From: Mytilus californianus
Lineage: Eukaryota
Direction of reading: 5' to 3'
Assembly: GCF_021869535.1 (NCBI RefSeq)
Contig: NW_026262615.1
Location: 35,216,001-35,280,000, forward strand
Length of the DNA: 64,000 nucleotides
The translations under genes were made by a program, and so were the position numbers. This document shows, in pieces, positions 62,540-64,000 of the stretch. The stretch's first letter is position 1; each line of letters opens with the position of its first letter. The notes under the pieces were generated by a model. It had not been told where the DNA came from, did not search any database, and was given only the letters and a program-made list of their open reading frames with translations.

Positions 62540-62995
62540 GTCTAGAAAATTTAGTCCGCAAATTTATATAGAGGAGGTAATTTAGGTTACAACATTTCAG
62601 CATGCGATCGTCTGGTCAGAGGCCTATTTCAGCACATAGCACACAAATTTATATAAGGAAGTAATTTTAGGTCATGACATTTCAGCCATCGAGTGTCTGA
62701 TCTTAAGTATACGTGTATTTAAGTCCGCAATTTATATAGGAGGGGTAATTTATGGTCACAATATTTCTCCCCGTGTTTGAGGAGGGTGCACCACTAATTT
62801 TCTATGGTTTCAGTATGAGTGCTTCAGTCCCAAATATGTTTGGGGGACGTAATACGACAACTTCAGGCCCAATTTTATGTGGGGTACGTATTAATAGGTA
62901 TCGACATTTCAGCCCGTGTTTGAGGAGGTAGCACCACTAATTTACAACAGATTCAGTCGCAAGTTTATGTGGGGGAAAGGACATTTCAACCTGCA
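62540..62995. repeat. Degenerate tandem repeat array
   Basis: Recurring AGTCCGCAA.TTTAT.TAG..G..GTAATTT.GGT...ACATTTCAGC and CCCGTGTTTGAGGAGG..GCACCACTAATTT blocks. Confidence 0.7.
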
Positions 62996-63427
62996 TTTTA
63001 ATGACAAATATTTTGAATTTATGACATGTATAATATGATTGTGATGTATGCCATGGACATTGTGTATGTGACAAATTGTAAGCGTTGGCCAAGGATGCCA
63101 TGCCCCTAGACCTAAAAAAAAATCTTTGTTTCCGGTAACATCATTTTGAAAAATATAGTCGGTAGGTCGGAATTTTTTTTTTTTTGTGACATCGTTAACG
63201 AAATCTAGAAAATTATCATGGTTTTTCCAGGCCTGAGTCCGTAATAAGCTTCAAATACCGGAAGTGCGTATAAGACACGGATCGATAACGGTCTCCGAAT
63301 TTTGATATTTTTTCAAAAATTGTCGTTTTCTGTGGAAAAAAGATTGTTTCATAGACAAATTTAGGAAGTACAAAACACTACATTTATACGTCATATCACA
63401 AATATTTCTGACTTTGTATGGTTTCAG

Positions 63428-63751
63428 AGAACATTCGGCTCAATGAAAACGGTCTCTTCCTTTAGTAGTATAGATATAGTAGCCACGTTCGAGGAAAACA
63501 TTCAAAGAAATCAAGATGTAAACTGTATTAAATCAATGAAGCCTTATCTAAATTCAGACGACAGCGGAATTCGACTTCTCTGTTTATCAGTCCTCAGTAA
63601 TATAGCGAATGAATCTGAAATTCAGACTTTGAAAAGTGACGATGGCATGAACAAGTATTTGGTATGAGCAGTATCAATGGCACTTAAGACTGAATATGAA
63701 GTTTGGGACATTTGGTCACTACTGGGACTTGCAAAAAGTGAGAATAACTAA
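63428..63751 (+). pseudogene. ARM-repeat-like exon with nonsense codons
   Basis: After GTTTCAG(AG): ...CIKSMKPYLNSDDSGIRLLCLSVLSNIANESEIQTLKSDDGMNKYLV*AVSMALK...WSLLGLAKSENN*. Resembles ARM regions of invertebrate ARM/TIR-type proteins from memory. TGA at 63665-63667 and TAA at 63749-63751. Confidence 0.6.
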
Positions 63752-63817
63752 TCTAATGTGTATGAATTTATTATGGAATTAATTAAACGAAATAAGAAAT
63801 AAAGAAGGAGTTCATGG

Positions 63818-64000
63818 CAATTAATTACTCTCCTCAATTAATGGCTCTTCTCAATTAATGGCTTTCTCAATTAATTACTCTTCTCAATTAATGACTCTTC
63901 TCAATGAACATGATGAATGACTCTTCTCAATTAATGACTCTTCTACATGAATGACCCTTCTCAATGAATTACTCTTCTCAATTAATGACTCTTCTCAATT
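63818..64000. repeat. 17-bp minisatellite (AATTAATGACTCTTCTC)n, runs off the window
   Basis: About 10 imperfect units visible. Confidence 0.95.

Overview
AT-rich, intron-rich, repeat-dense animal DNA. The repeat families and protein remnants look bivalve (Mytilus-like); this is an inference, not a database match. Almost all ORFs in the supplied track are spurious, and the real content only appears when exons are assembled by eye. (1) A head-to-tail array of at least four diverged paralogues of a 5-exon gene encoding a ~195-aa protein with two muconolactone-isomerase-like (dimeric alpha+beta barrel) repeats. Copy 3 (39465-47043) is intact; copies 1, 2 and 4 carry frameshifts or stops. (2) A structurally complete but dead Ngaro-type tyrosine-recombinase retrotransposon (6469-12560, minus strand) with split direct repeats, a Penelope-like insertion in its recombinase, and an inverted solo A-B remnant 1.7 kb away. 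(3) An Academ-like DNA transposon relic with terminal inverted repeats (20490-24037). (4) Many 5'-truncated Penelope-like elements, HINE/Helentron-type non-autonomous elements and decayed hammerhead-ribozyme (retrozyme-like) repeats. (5) A 3.86-kb tandem duplication (49455-57156). (6) An ARM-repeat-like pseudogene at the right end, whose 584-nt exon is broken by a 367-bp inversion with a 34-bp inverted duplication; undoing the inversion restores a stop-free 194-codon frame. No tRNA, rRNA or CRISPR features were seen.
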